In this document: positions 23,401 through 37,679 of the stretch, piece after piece | Layout of the letters: every line of letters begins with the position of its first letter | How positions within the stretch are numbered: the stretch's first letter is position 1 | DNA from: Adineta vaga | Lineage: Eukaryota; Animalia; Rotifera | DNA: 64,000 nucleotides | Reading direction: 5' to 3' | NCBI GenBank assembly: GCA_021613535.1 | Contig: CP075493.1 | Span: forward strand, 15,066,001 to 15,130,000 | Program-made: the position numbers and the translations under genes | Notes under the pieces: model-generated | Databases searched by the model: none | What the model saw: only the letters and a program-made list of their open reading frames with translations | What the model was told of the DNA's origin: nothing

Positions 23401-26400
23401 GAATTGTAATAGTATTGTTCAAAATTTTCGGCAAAAAAAGTCAATGCAAGTGGTATTTTATATTTTCCTTGTGTATTTTGATTTTGTTTCTCAATATTAT
23501 GTTCTTCAATGATTTGTTCGATGAGTATACGTAAACTAGGTACTTCTTTCACACCAAGTTCTTTGAGAAAAGCATATTCAGATGAACTTGGATTAATATC
23601 AAGCCAATCAATAATCAGTAGTGTAGACCATTGCATTTGAATAGCTGCAGATGGAAAATGAAGATCTCGAGGTATATATTTACGCGTTGTTTCTTTTGTT
23701 GGCACGAGAGTTTTACCTAAATGCACAAGAAGTTTACACATTGATTCATATTAAAAGATTAGTGTCACATATTCCACACTAAATGCGGCATCTCCCGCCG
23801 GAGACCTGCTCCTTCAACTGACCTTTCAATGATGGTTTTTCTTTTAATTCATTGAAATCAGCTTGACTCATGTTTTTTCGTTCTTTAACTAATCGTCTTA
23901 TGAACATTTCCATAGTGTCTGAACTAGATGAAACTGATGGATTATCATCATCATCATCAGGTCCATTGAAATCCAACATACGACAACCAATTTTTTTCAA
24001 AAAATAAATAGAAACAGGATTTTCACAATTTTCATTCAGTTGTTTGTCTTCATTACCATTATTATCCGTGTTAGATTGTAATATATTAAGTACAATACAA
24101 GGTAATTGAGGTGAAATGGATGCTGATAAAACGAATGATTCACAAGGTAATTTCATACCTTGTGTTGTCGGTATACATTCAGTTTTAGACAACGTTTTTA
24201 TTATTGAGTTCCATTCACTTTCTATCAATTGTCCAGAATGTGTTGAAATGAGACTGAGTAGATATGGATATGTTTTAGAAATTGATAATTGTCGCAACTG
24301 TTTATCATCCAAAAGAAAATTGAGTAGATTTTTCAGTTTCAAAGGTAATAAACATAATTGTTTTTCTAGTTGTTCTTGAGAAAGAATAGTTGATATTTCT
24401 TTTGGTATAGTATTTAAAGGAAAAGGTAATGATGATGGAATATCTAAAACATCATAATAGTTGATTTGTTTAAATGAAATTTCTGATGCATGATTATGAT
24501 CGTGAAAACGGACATTTGATAGAACACGTTTTGCATACACTTTATCTGTAACATCATTACTAAATAACCAATTTACTAATTCGATAAATTCAGGTATTGA
24601 AAGAATGGATGATAAGAGTATTTTTTCTATCATAGATTTGTCTACACAATCGATTAATTGACGTTGTACAAGATTTGTTATAAGACCATTTGATTTTAAT
24701 TGAAATGGAACGAGAGGAAGTGTCAGAAATCCATAAACTTGTTTTGAATCAGGCAGAAAAGCTTTTGTCGATGGTAAAATAGAAAGAATATATTCAGATG
24801 GTTTTGTTTGTACAGGTACGAGAATATCTTTGTTTGACGCAAAAAACCCATCAATAATCACTTGACCTATTCAATAAAATAAAATATTGTTAGAGCAATA
24901 AAAACTATATACCGATTTGATTATTTGGTACTGATGGTTGGAAGGAATACGGTGCGATGATAAGTGAATATTTATTAATTATTTCCTGAGTTTTTTTAGA
25001 ATTTATCAGCATTTCTTGATCATAGATTAATCGAGCAATTTGTCCAGCTGAAGCAAGAATTTCTTTATTCCATTTAGCAATATATGCATCTTGTAAATCA
25101 ATATTTTCACGTTCGATTGTTGGAATTAAATGGCTATAAATATGCATTCCAATACCAGTCGTTTGATGTGTTCCAAGACCAATAAATATATGACCTGATG
25201 GAATAATATTATCATTTTCAAACTTCAAAGGTATCAAAGTACTGAGCATATTAGTATGATGATTATCATTAATGGATGATATTTCTTCCTGTTGACTAGC
25301 AATAAGCTATATAGAGAAAAGAAAAAGAGACAGAGAGAGATAATAGTATGAATGTTATGAAAGTATAGACATATTTACACTACTCGATGCAAACAAGAAT
25401 TGAATTTGAATATTGGGTGGTAAGCTTTTTTTTATTATACGTCGAATATGATTATGAAATTCTTCATCAATAGTTACTTGTGCATCGACAGTGATATGAT
25501 TCAATGTTATTGCAGAATTATTGGTAATAGTAAATGTTTTTTCAGTTTGTACAAATGATTTGAGTAGTAACATATTATTGATAGAAGATTGTTTTTGAAA
25601 TGGTAATATACCGGAAATAGATGGCATGTTTGTTGTCGTTTTGTGTATTTCAAATACTGTAAAACCATTTATTTTGATAATAAGTTCATTAATATATTTT
25701 GTAAATGAAAGAACTATTTAAAAGAACAAAATGACATAGAAAAAATTTAATTAATTAATTGTTTGTAATACCTTTTGTGAAATAGATCTGTAGTTGTCTT
25801 AGATCAATTGTGGGCACATTTTCTTTCATAACTATTTTGTTTTTAGTTTTTTTCGTTGATTTGATATCGCGTTCATTAATATTTGTTATCTCATCAGTAT
25901 GTAATATATATTTAGTTCGCATTTTAAGAATAATAGAAGTTAATTTTGATTGTTGTTCAACAGGTAATTTATGACGAAATGTTGTCAAAGAATTATCATC
26001 TCGCCAAACAAATGTCATATATTCATTTCCAGATGTAATAATTGGTTCTTCAGAAAATGAAAAAACAGAAAAAAATCCAACACCAAATTGCCCAACTGAA
26101 TCAACATTGTTATTGCCTTCAGCAATAGATGCTACACGTTTCCAATCAATTTCATTAAATACAAGACCATTGTTAATCGAACGAATTTCGGTTATTGTAC
26201 TATTATGGAAATCTCGTGCTTTGTTTGGTACAGCGATAGGCATGTCACATGTTATTTCAAAATGGAAAAATGTTGCATGAGCATCATCCGAATTTTGAAT
26301 TAGTTCTCGACAAACAGCGAAATTAGATGAATAACGAGCAAGCATTTTATCAATTAGCATTCTCTGATTAACTTCGACACGTTGTTCAGAACCGTTCTGT

Positions 26401-26438
26401 AATGCTCTTAATCGAAGATCATCTCGTGATAAGGACAT
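20411..26438 (-). CDS. Sacsin-like GHKL ATPase / DUF3684-type protein with C-terminal HExxH motif, multi-exon
   Basis: VEVNQRMLIDKMLARYS..RELIQNSDDA, NNG and GQFGVGFFS (GHKL); IFIGLGTHQTTG..IPTIERE; last exon FFNLRYFE..CHELAHN; stop TAA at 20411-20413. Confidence 0.85.
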
Positions 26439-28916
26439 GATGATGAATAAGATTCACGTACTTTTGTCTACTATATCTGAAAAAGGTATGTATGCTATTT
26501 GTATGGGGTTTGAGGATGACTGCTCGAAAAGAAATACTAACTGTGCGTAGAAATATGTATTTAGAAAGTATGTTAGACATTTTGCATTTGCTTACCGTCC
26601 ACAACGCTGTGTAATGATGCAATGGCAATAAAATGTTTGACTTGTACTTTTTCTTATATAGGAAAAGAATTATTCATTTTTTTCGAACAGCGAAAAAAAG
26701 GAAGTGTCTTGAAGGCATGTATTCGAAATTTATAAAAATGAGAATTATTTTGTTTAGCTTCATGACTCTGAAATGAAAAAAATCTCTTAAGAATGAGTAA
26801 ACATGAAGAGGAAACCATTGTCCTCACTCTCTCCTTGAAGTACTATACTTTACTTGGCAAAAACCAGCTTCATAAGAGTAGAAAAATACCGTTTTCATAC
26901 CGAAAGAATTTCGATTTGAAAGTTAATTTTTTCGAATTAGTCATAAAAATTAAAACAGTTGCGAAAGAAATACTTTAGTTGCCTACGTTTTGCGCTCTAT
27001 GAGTCATAACTGAAAACGTCATGAAAAAACAAACATTGAAATTGCAAAAGCTTCCTTTCTCTTTACCATAAAAGGTGATAGTTCGACATAGGTATCGTGT
27101 GGGGATCATTGTCTCTCCTCTGAAAAAAGAAATATTTTTACAATCGGAGCGAAAAAATTGAAATAAGAAAAGTTTGCTTTTCTTTCATCTTTTTCTTCCA
27201 ATCCATTTCAGACTATAATCAAAACATCAAAGTCATGAATAATTATCATCACAAAATTTTACAATTCAGTTCAATAATTATAATCATGCCGCACACCCTC
27301 AAGATTCGAGAATAATCATTGTTTTATTTTGTTAAAATTACGAAAGGTACAGCTTCGTAAAGCATACAGAGAGAGAGTGAGTAATTTTAATATTGGAAGA
27401 TAATTTTTCTTCGAAATGGTAAATAAACTTATTTGAAACTGTATCTACTATGTTCAATGGTTATTAATTCTCATTTTATCACTTTTTCGCAAGAAAAATT
27501 TATAAAAACATTTTCAAAATCATTGGATTTTTCTTCACGTGACTATTGATCTATCAATGTCCTTAGACTTTTATCGAAATGGACATTATATATACTATAT
27601 TCAGTCTTCGCTTTTGTTTTCTTCAAGCATACTCCATCCAACATTACATTTGGATGGTCTTCGGCTTCTTTGGCAAATCAATTGGATTTTTTACTCACAT
27701 GACGAAAAGTAGATTTGAACGTGTGAACCATCAATCAGAAGTCATGAACATACATTACTGAGCTATACTTACTAGAAATCTAGTCGACCATTGACTTTAG
27801 ATGCTAGATATATTAACGAAAATAATTCTCTCGTTTCTTCATAAAAAAAATTTCAATATTTTTCATGTGTTTTTGAGTGAGCCTGGTAATTTTGGATAAA
27901 CTATCTTCTTAATTTCTATTCTGTATAATAAATATTAGACAGATTTTTCTAAAATTTTATTATAAATTATTTTTGAGAAATTCTTCTTATTGAAATATTA
28001 AATGAAGTCCAAATGATCCGTACAAATACATCAAACGATAGTTTTAACTATAACTTCGACATATTTCATTTGTCGACATAGATGAATAGTTTAGCAAAGA
28101 CTCTCAAACTCATCCACGCGATTCTGACTAGCAGTGATGTGTTCTACATAAGATTTTACGCATTTAAGCATCTTCCAAAATAAAAAGTAAGATCTGAGAT
28201 CTAAAGTCTTCGTTCTTTTTTTTTCTTTTTAAGTAATAATAATAATATTTTAAACATAATGCGAATTCGTGCGTTTCTGATGAATGACTTTTTTTCTTTC
28301 TTTGAGGATATGCCATGTCACCAATTTCTTTTATCAAAGCCATCAATCAAAATCAGCTTTTTGTTTTAAGACTCTTTCTACTATAAATCGATGCTATTTC
28401 TCATGACGATTTTCAATCGAATACTCATTAGAATGCATTTTGTTGTATGTTCTGAATATTTCCAGAACATTTTCCGAATGAAAAGCCTGTAACAGTTATA
28501 ACACATACGTTCTGGATACAATGAATGTACTTTCGCTCTTATCTTAATAGGGAATATGAATCAAATTAAAATTAATATTATTTGTCTATAATACTTGAAC
28601 TTTTTGACATTTGAACGTAATCGACTCTGCAATAAATGATCTCACAGTTTTTTCTTTGACGTAAATGTGATTATTTATCAAAATTATATTAAAAACATGA
28701 TATATTTCTCTAATCTATATTAATTAAAAAGAACCGCTCTTTAATTACAGTTGTATATTTGTTTTTGAAGTTATGAATAGAAATAATAATAATTGAAAAA
28801 CATGCATTGCTAATTCTTTCATTTTCTAGTTTATGTGATATCGTAAGATAGAAAAAAAAACACATTAGTCTTTTATATATACATAAAATAATAGAAGAAT
28901 TATTTAAATTAATACA

Positions 28917-29909
28917 ATGTCATCTTTAAGTTCAATAACAAGAAATATTATTCTTGGAATATCGTTCTCTGCATTTATTCCAGGTGTTTTTGGATTAATT
29001 TTTAATATTATTATCTTTAGTCGAAAAAAATTTCGTTGTCAACCATGTGCATTTTACTTTTTTTATGGAACAATATCTAATTTATATATTGTATTTGTAA
29101 TATTACCTGTTCGTATTCTTTCAAATGGTTATTCTATTAGTCTATCAAGTACTAATCGTGGTATTTGTAAATTTGAAACATATTCATTTAATATGATGCG
29201 TGTTTTATCTTGTTGGTTGATTGCATTGGCATGTGTTGATCGTTATTTTCATAGTTCACCACATACTCAAATACGTCGATTAAGTTCGATGAAATCAGCA
29301 AGAATTCTTACTGGAATTACAACGATTTTCATAATTATTTCATATATTCATTTATTCATTTATTATGACGTTGTTAGCACAGTTAATAATTTGGGTATTG
29401 TTATATATTCTTCCTGTTATAGTCAAAATAGTTCATATAACACTTTCTTTGGAATTTGGCATATGGTTTTCTATTCACTTTGTCCAACTTTTCTAATGAT
29501 TTTATTTGGTTGTCTTACAGTGAATAATATTCGACAACAACGTCAAGTAATGGCAGTGAATGTTGTAAATAATCCAGTTCGTAGATACACGAATCTTCAT
29601 CTATTACGTATGTTAACTGCACAAGTTCTTGTCATTATAGTATCTACATTACCTTTTTCGATCATGCGCCTATACTATTTAAGCACTCCAGATGTAGTTC
29701 GAACTCCTGAACAACAAACTATAGAATATATAACTAATTCAGTCGTCACAACAATTCCATATTTTGCTCATGCAACCAGTTTCTATCTTTATACATTGAC
29801 TGGAACTGTTTTTCGCAAGGAATTTATTAAAATTATAACTTATTGCTTGTCACATACTAGAGTAACTCAAGCTTTTATCACACAAATCAGTGGACAAACT
29901 GCTCAATGA
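28917..29909 (+). CDS. Rhodopsin-like GPCR, intronless
   Basis: 330 aa, seven hydrophobic segments, CVDRY and SFYLYTL..FRKE motifs. Confidence 0.9.
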   Translation: MSSLSSITRNIILGISFSAFIPGVFGLIFNIIIFSRKKFRCQPCAFYFFYGTISNLYIVFVILPVRILSNGYSISLSSTNRGICKFETYSFNMMRVLSCWLIALACVDRYFHSSPHTQIRRLSSMKSARILTGITTIFIIISYIHLFIYYDVVSTVNNLGIVIYSSCYSQNSSYNTFFGIWHMVFYSLCPTFLMILFGCLTVNNIRQQRQVMAVNVVNNPVRRYTNLHLLRMLTAQVLVIIVSTLPFSIMRLYYLSTPDVVRTPEQQTIEYITNSVVTTIPYFAHATSFYLYTLTGTVFRKEFIKIITYCLSHTRVTQAFITQISGQTAQ

Positions 29910-31221
29910 CAATAATCATGTTATTTATAAAAACAATAATTAATTAAAACTAAAAACTAAGTTTAATTTTTCCTTTCTATTAATCCCATTAGATAGAAAT
30001 CCAGTTAACTAATTATATTAAGAGATCATTTTTATTATTTTTTTTGTCTATTCATACATCATTCTTTATTGTCATTAAATAAAAGAAAAACTACAAATGG
30101 CATTTCGATTTCGTCCGAAATACAAGATGAGATGTGAAGCGATTTATTATGCTTGTGTTACAATAACAATAAATATATATATATACATATATTTTTAGAG
30201 GCATAATTAAAAAGAAAAATCAGACTTTAAAGCACAATAATAAACATTAGACAAGAATATTTGTACAATACATTTAAGCACGCCAGTTATTGTTTTTAAT
30301 CACAATAAAACTTAACAATTTTCAATTTTGTTATGACATGACTCATTATTAGCGATAGTATGGTGAGCGTGATGTTAGTGCTGTATATATCGCTTTTCAA
30401 GGAAAAAATAATAAATCTCTGGATTTGCTATGTATACATATTATTGAATGATAATAAAACCAAATGATGTGTATTTTGATTGATGTGCAAGAAACTCTTT
30501 AATATTGTGTTGTAGTAGATCAATACAATTCGTATGCATTTGCCTTTTTACTGTTATCCTTGGCACACATCACCACTTTTAGTCTTATTCTCCTCAGTTT
30601 CATTTTTACTATTCCTTTTACTCGTATAACTTTTTATAACTGCGCATCCAACCGTAAAAGAATATCAACACGCTCTTATACTATCCAAGTGTGAAAAGAG
30701 AGAATATTTCCAAATGAAATTCTTCTTCGCATTTTGTTCAATATCTTGCCTGGTGTATGCTGTGAAGTTGAGTTGGAAATTCGCCAAAAATGTATAATGC
30801 GATTATTCGTCTTCTCTCTATATAGGTGAATTTGATTTACAGTATGTTGGGAAAAGTTTACCTCTTTTATCTCATTTTGCAAACAATTGCTTTCTTATTT
30901 AGAACGCGAGATGCTAATTTTTCTTTCATACATCAGAGAAGAAAGACGGATGGATGAGGGTGGCAGTATTAGCATTTATGAATGAAGAAAAAACATTTCC
31001 CCCACACCCAGATACCTGGAGAAAATTCTGCAAAAGTAATTCAAAAATTGATTATATCGAAGAATTGATTAGTCAATATGAAACGATGTTTGCAGGATCA
31101 TTGGATTACACTTTTCGTGTTTACGATCGGTCATCTTCGGGAATGATATGTTGACCTGATGAACGTCTGTATTACACATTTTGTTTCGTTTGAAAAATTT
31201 GTTCGTTCCGTCCTTGAACAT

Positions 31222-34012
31222 TCAAATGCTCCTTTGGATGTGTGAGAACGGAAATTTTCCAAGTGCTAAATCAAACTCACTCATTTCGCAGAATATTAAA
31301 CCAATGAACCACAATGACCATGCAACATGAGGATGGTTTCCGAAAAGTTTCGTTTCGAATTCGAGTTGAAATTGCCGATAGAGGAGACTTGCCAAGAATT
31401 GTCCTCTTTTTAAACACCAATGACTAATAAATTCCAGACAACAGATGTTTGAATGCATATCCAGTGATGTGTTATTTTCATCAGAATGAATTACAGTTCG
31501 ACAAACGTAAAGAAATCCATTCACAACAATTTCACAGAAGCTGCGATCAGATATTGAATATTCAATTTTTACGTGAAACTCCTATTGATCGTCTATATGC
31601 GCCATTTTTAACATTTTCAGACGCTGAAGAATACATTTCCACTTTTTACGTGTACTACCACTACTGAATTCTGCTCGGGGGAGACAGTTGAGAACTTTTG
31701 AGCCAAGAGCAGCAAGCATAGTGGCTAGTATATATATATTATATTGAGATAGAAGATAATGTAATGCTTGTTGTATTCTGTTATCATTATGTTTGTAAAT
31801 AGGTTTTTCGAGTGTTTCTGTTACACAGGGATACAAATCCATTGCTGCACTAGTCATCTTAAATGCTTCATATAAAACTCCATTTTTCCACGAAAGTAGG
31901 ACTTTTTTTAAATGAAGCGAAGGTAAATATCGTTCGCACACTAGTACCAAGGATATTAAGTCGAGGGATTCTCCAATAAAGCCAAATCGAAAGTTTGCCG
32001 AACAATCGATTAGAACAAAGTTTGTCCATATGTTATCCAACACTATCTCTGGTGAAAAATAATTTCTTTCCGTAGCTATGCTAACAAATATCCATAATGT
32101 TGTACTGCTTTATCTTTCATCATATTTTCCGTATACCAATCGCCTAGCATCCAATGGCATCGACATGATTCAACAGAATTGTTTTCACAGACGTTCACTG
32201 CACGTTGAATGAATATTTTACTTTTTTGTTCTTCTCGTCAGCGTATTCAAATGCTTTTTCTAAGTATAGTATATAGTACGAGAAGTATCATTCTTTGCTT
32301 CACATTGCTCACTTATATATTGAATGAAACGTGTTCCTCTCAGATCATTGTTTGAAAGTTTCCGAATCTTTTCTAAGACATTACAACTAACTTTCGCCAA
32401 CAATCTTCAAAAGTTGTTACATTTGTTAATACTGATATCATTTCATAAATATCAAAAGCTTTTTGGTAACGTTGATACGCTAAATTAATTGAAACGTTGC
32501 ATTCAAAAAGAACACCGATATTCTGTAAGAAATCTGCATGTTGAATGGTATTCGTAACGAATACTTGTTCATAAATAGATAATCTGAACTTCAGCACTTC
32601 GATATTTTGTATTGGAATGTATTCTTCATCATTATCATCAGCATCAATTAATTAGAATGACGAAAGTTCGTATATTTTCGTTTTATCTAATTGGAAGTAT
32701 ACCTTGTAATAATTGGGTACCAAATCAAACTTCATTGCAATTTCGCATAGTTCTGCCATATATCCTACATATTCATTTAAAATCTCTTGCATATTAGATC
32801 ATCCTTGCTCGCCCATTTTCAATATTTTACTTAGATAATTAGTTGCGTCTTGTTTAAAACCGAGTTTTAGACTGTAACGAACCAATTTTATCCATATATC
32901 TTTATATTCCTTATTCATGGGCAAGAGCATTACCTGACAATATTCGAACACTCGTTGAAAGTAGCTTAGAGCTTCACTGTAGTTCTTTATGCGTTCGCAC
33001 AACTGAGCAATTCTTAATGCACTATTCATACAAGTTGGATGGTGGGTGAACTGAGAAAATTTGAGAATACATATCGTCAGCTCTGATGTATAAGGAAAAA
33101 GCAGTTTCATCATCATACATTCTGTCTTTGAGTATTCCACAGTTACCTAGTAGATTTGCTTTGAAAATGCTAGTTTCAATCTTTGCATTTTCCAAAATTT
33201 ACAATGCACGCTCATAGCGCTCTAATGCACTGCTCCGATTTTGATTGTACACTTCTGCTATTTCTGGATGATCAGCACGTAAAATTTTGAGAAGCATCTG
33301 AAAATATTCATCTGCACGATCAATCTGGTTCATCTCATTCAACAATAATATTCCAAAATATATTAATGGACTATATACCTGCAATTGTTGCTTTTGCGCG
33401 CTCAAGAATGAGTTCAATATCTTTGAACCTTCATCCGTAGCAGTTAATAGAAGTTTTCCAATCGATCGCGTTTCATCAAATTCGCAATCATTGATTCGAA
33501 ACACAGCTCCCAAAGAAAAGAGAACTGCCTGTTCCGATTCAAAGTCGCTTAGACGACTTATATCGGCGAATATCACTTTCAATACTTGAAGTCGATAAAA
33601 AACCATTTGTAGCTATGAAAGATCCAATATTGCTTTTCAAATTCTCGAACTCTTCTTTTGGTGCTTGTTGACCTCGATACGAAACGAGTAGTCCATTCTC
33701 ATTCTGAATTAAGTGCTCTTTTCCAATGTCAAGCTGAGAACACAGATCGGTAATAAAGAATCGAAATGTATACAACAAGGTGATATCTTCAGTACGTAAA
33801 GCCTTGTTTAGAAGTCTATAGAGAAACGAGTTTGCCGTATAATATTTAATTACATCGTCAGGAGTATATGACGTGTGAAAAGCTTTTATTTTTTCAAGTT
33901 CGTGCCTGTTGTTTCGGTAGTAAGCAGAACAATAATCTAATATTTCGTTTTTTGCTTGATCATCAGTGCGCATTATTCTCGACAAGTCTAATTGTATTAG
34001 ATATTGATTCAA
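31222..34012 (-). pseudogene. Degraded ADP-ribosyltransferase + TPR-repeat gene
   Basis: Fragments in shifting frames: YTANSFLYRLLNKALR, YRGQ, GFLSTS, SEQAVLF..FRI, then TPR units (DHPEIAEVY, HPHVAWSL). Many stops and frameshifts. Confidence 0.8.
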
Positions 34013-35176
34013 TTAACTTATCTCGATCGGTATAAATATCAATAATTTGTCATCGTGATTGACAGTGTGTGGTATAATTCACAAAATGTACTGCATTTCT
34101 AAAAACTAAAGAGCACATATTTTATTATTGAAAGAAAATCAATTTTCAAAAAATAAACCCTTGTATCTTGTGAGGGTTTGGGTCAAGAACTTATGTTACT
34201 CACGTTTATAAATCGGTCTACCGTAAACTATTCGTATTACAATATGTATCTTGCAAAACAAAATAACGAGAGAGTCGATCAATTTGCTCTGTTATATTAA
34301 GTATCAGAGAAAGCATTCACAGCGTATGAGAGTCTATATAAGAATAGGTGAGGATGTAGGTATGTTATGACTGATGTACGCACTATCATACCCGCAAAGC
34401 TGTTAATTTTGCCAACGTCATCAAATTTCGATTTTTTTTTCAATTTATTCGAAAATAAAAAATTAATTTAACAATGGAAAAGTTGAAAATAAATATTGTA
34501 ACCTCGAGAATGCCGAATTTGTTATCTTCTTTTTGCCAAATTGATAAAATACCATACTTTATGTATGCTTCTTTTTTATCTTCGACCAAAGTTTGGTTTA
34601 CTCTGCTATATGCCGTCGAAGAGAACAAATCTTGATAATATTGACTATTTATACTATTATAATAAGTCAAAATAATAACAAATATTCTATTTATAAAACT
34701 TAATTTTGAAAAAAATGATTTATAAAATCGATTTTTATTAATGTACGGCGCGTACATTTTGATGATATCATTAAATAAATATCAAGGTTCTATTTTCGTT
34801 TTATTTGCGCAAGTACATGGATAAGAAACGCAAATTTCAAAGTTTTCAAACCAATTCTATTATTGATTGAAAATTGATTATGATCCTCATATTTTTAATT
34901 ATAACTTCAACTACCAAATGTGAACAGATATAATTCAATATTTAAAATTATTATCGAACAGCACAATGTTCGATTTTTCTTTATTAACTTATGGAGTACT
35001 TTTTCTCGACCTTGAAAAAGTTCGTTCTATTTCAAGTATCACAATCTTTCGTTCATTTTTTTTCGGCAAACAAATCTTTATCTTTAATAAAACTAACAGT
35101 GTAATTCATGACTTCATTTTTTCTGTATATAAATACCTGGTTTTTTCTTTCGAAAGAATTTTATCAAAATCTAAAT

Positions 35177-36910
35177 ATGGTTTCAAGTAAAGTGATTCAT
35201 TGGTTAATAGCTATTGTATCAATTTTACTCAGTGGATTATTTTATTTATTTAGTCAAATGAAATGTCTTCATCCGCATTGTGTTGAAACATATGCAAAAC
35301 AGAGCATAACAATACTTTATACTTTCTATTTAATGTTTATTTTTATTACAGCTCTTCTATGTAAATTAATTCCACAATTACCATTTAAAATTCGATATTG
35401 GTTAGAAAAAGATCTTCCAACATCGCCATGTCTTGGTTGGTTTCAAGGATCATTCCTTGAACTTTTAACTTTATTTGGAGTATTCGGATTGATTACAGTT
35501 AATTTTATTCTCTATTGGAATTTAATGTTATCAGTAGCAGAACATCCATTAACAGAAAAAGCGTATTGGAAAGCAGCATTGATGGGCAGTGGACATATGG
35601 CTGATGTTTTATTAGGTTTATTATTGATTCCATTAGGTCGTCATTCATTTTTACCATCTTTACTCAATATACATATTGATAGTGCACTTCGTTTTCATAA
35701 ACGTTGTGGAAAACTACTTGCTCTAATTAGTATTTTGCATGGATTTGTTATATGGACAAAAACAACACGATTTCTTGATCCACCTTCGTATTTCTATTGG
35801 ACATTTAATATCGGTGTTCAAGGTCCCAAATGGATATTTTATGTTTCAAAAGCAGGTTTTATGACAACATTTGGTTTTATTGCAGGTGTTGCTTTATTTA
35901 TTCTTTGGATTTTTACTTTTCCAACTATTCGACGACGTTTGTATAATGTTTTTTATATAGTTCATATTCTTTTTGGACCTATAATGATTATAAGTGCAAG
36001 TTTTCATACAAGTAGTATTTGGTATTATTGTATGCCAGGGGCTTTTCTTCTTTCAATTGATTGGATGATTCGATTATATAATTTTCGAAAGAAACGAAAA
36101 GGTTTAATACGAAGAGAAGAATGTGGATATCTTCGAATTGATATCATCGATAAGATTAATGTTAATGTCGGAAGTTTTCTTATGGTTAAAATCGAAGAAC
36201 TTCGATATCAAATTAGTCATCCATTTACAGTTGCAAATGATACAAATGAAGATTCATTAGTTTTATTAATTAAACCTTCATTATTAACATCAAAATGGAC
36301 GAATCATTTAGCAAAACTTCTTCCATCGGAATGCTTATCAAAAGAAATAACAATTCGAATTGATGGATCATTTGGATTTTTGAAATTTCAGATTTCAAAA
36401 ATGAATTTAGTGGCTTGTTTTGTCGGAGGAATTGGTATTGCAGGTGCATTAGCAATTGCATCACATATTTTAAAATGTGACATTGGACCAAGTTTAATTT
36501 TTATATTTTGGGCTGCACGAGAAACAAATGCTGGCAAGTTAAGTGTACTTCAACAATTAATAAATCGACAGGATTCTCGATTACATATTTATCTCTTTGG
36601 ATCAGCAGCGAACGTTTTATTTAATCATAAAATAGAAACTAATGACGAAACATTAGCGATAGAAGAAGAAAGAAATATTTCTGAATCTTTAAGATATGAT
36701 ATACAAACAAATGGGATCAAAGGAAGTTTAGAAAGAATGATTCCAGAGGAATTATTACAGCAAGTTGTATTACCATGTGTAACAACATCAGGAAAAGTTG
36801 GAATTTATACGTGTGGACCAAAATCATTGATGGATTCAGTACAGAAAGCATGTGAAAATGCTCGTAAAAAGGCGGAAATCTATTTACATCGTGAATCTTT
36901 TGAATGGTAA
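35177..36910 (+). CDS. Ferric reductase-like transmembrane flavocytochrome (FRE/NOX family), intronless
   Basis: Heme His pairs (RFHKRCG..LHG; FYIVHI..FH), FAD-binding HPFT, NADPH-binding GGIG and CGP, terminal ESFEW. Start could be 35108 instead. Confidence 0.9.
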   Translation: MVSSKVIHWLIAIVSILLSGLFYLFSQMKCLHPHCVETYAKQSITILYTFYLMFIFITALLCKLIPQLPFKIRYWLEKDLPTSPCLGWFQGSFLELLTLFGVFGLITVNFILYWNLMLSVAEHPLTEKAYWKAALMGSGHMADVLLGLLLIPLGRHSFLPSLLNIHIDSALRFHKRCGKLLALISILHGFVIWTKTTRFLDPPSYFYWTFNIGVQGPKWIFYVSKAGFMTTFGFIAGVALFILWIFTFPTIRRRLYNVFYIVHILFGPIMIISASFHTSSIWYYCMPGAFLLSIDWMIRLYNFRKKRKGLIRREECGYLRIDIIDKINVNVGSFLMVKIEELRYQISHPFTVANDTNEDSLVLLIKPSLLTSKWTNHLAKLLPSECLSKEITIRIDGSFGFLKFQISKMNLVACFVGGIGIAGALAIASHILKCDIGPSLIFIFWAARETNAGKLSVLQQLINRQDSRLHIYLFGSAANVLFNHKIETNDETLAIEEERNISESLRYDIQTNGIKGSLERMIPEELLQQVVLPCVTTSGKVGIYTCGPKSLMDSVQKACENARKKAEIYLHRESFEW

Positions 36911-37679
36911 AGAAGAATTGATAACATTGTGTTTTTCTTCCTTAGCTTTTATTGATTGTTAGAATGTTTTTGATTTTTATACGATCAGTGAATAAAATAG
37001 ATGTTTAAGACAAGTAATTAACATTATCATTCATAAATGTGTAATAGAGAATCATTATTTTAAGTTTCGTGTCTTCATCCGTAGCAAGAAATAAGATTTT
37101 GATAGAAGATCGTCTGCATAAACAAAGGCGACTTCAAAATTTTTACAAGATATCTGCTGCAGTAAGATTCATTTCATAACATATTTGACGAAGAAATAAA
37201 TTGTACATTTTTTGCTTACATTGTTAGCAACAAAAAATAACTGTACTAAAAGCTTTAATATTTTAAGAAAGTAAAGTATATAAACATTCTCTCGTTGTTA
37301 TGTTAATGCCACTCTTAACAGCATAGAATTTCAAGCATATCACAAGAAAAGAAATCGAACAAGGCGGATTTTTTCATTACGATTCTCTTTCTGTCGTCAA
37401 AAATAAACATCACTATGCAATAAAGATAAATAGTCTACAATTTATATTCAACGTCGTTTAATCAAAATGAAAAACATTATTGCATCTCTGTAGAATCGAA
37501 AAAAGCAGCAAAACGTGATGAAATTCGTTACTTGAGGACATTCTTTTGTAAAAACGTTTGATATACCGTATTGAAAACAAACGACCATTAATTAATTCAA
37601 TAATTAACTTTTCTTTTAATTTTCTTTTTCGTTTCAGCAATATTCTATAAGTAACAGCATTTAGATATTTCAATTGAAT

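Noticed and set aside
34440-34757. 105-aa ORF
   Set aside because: AT-rich F/I/K/N composition typical of chance ORFs.
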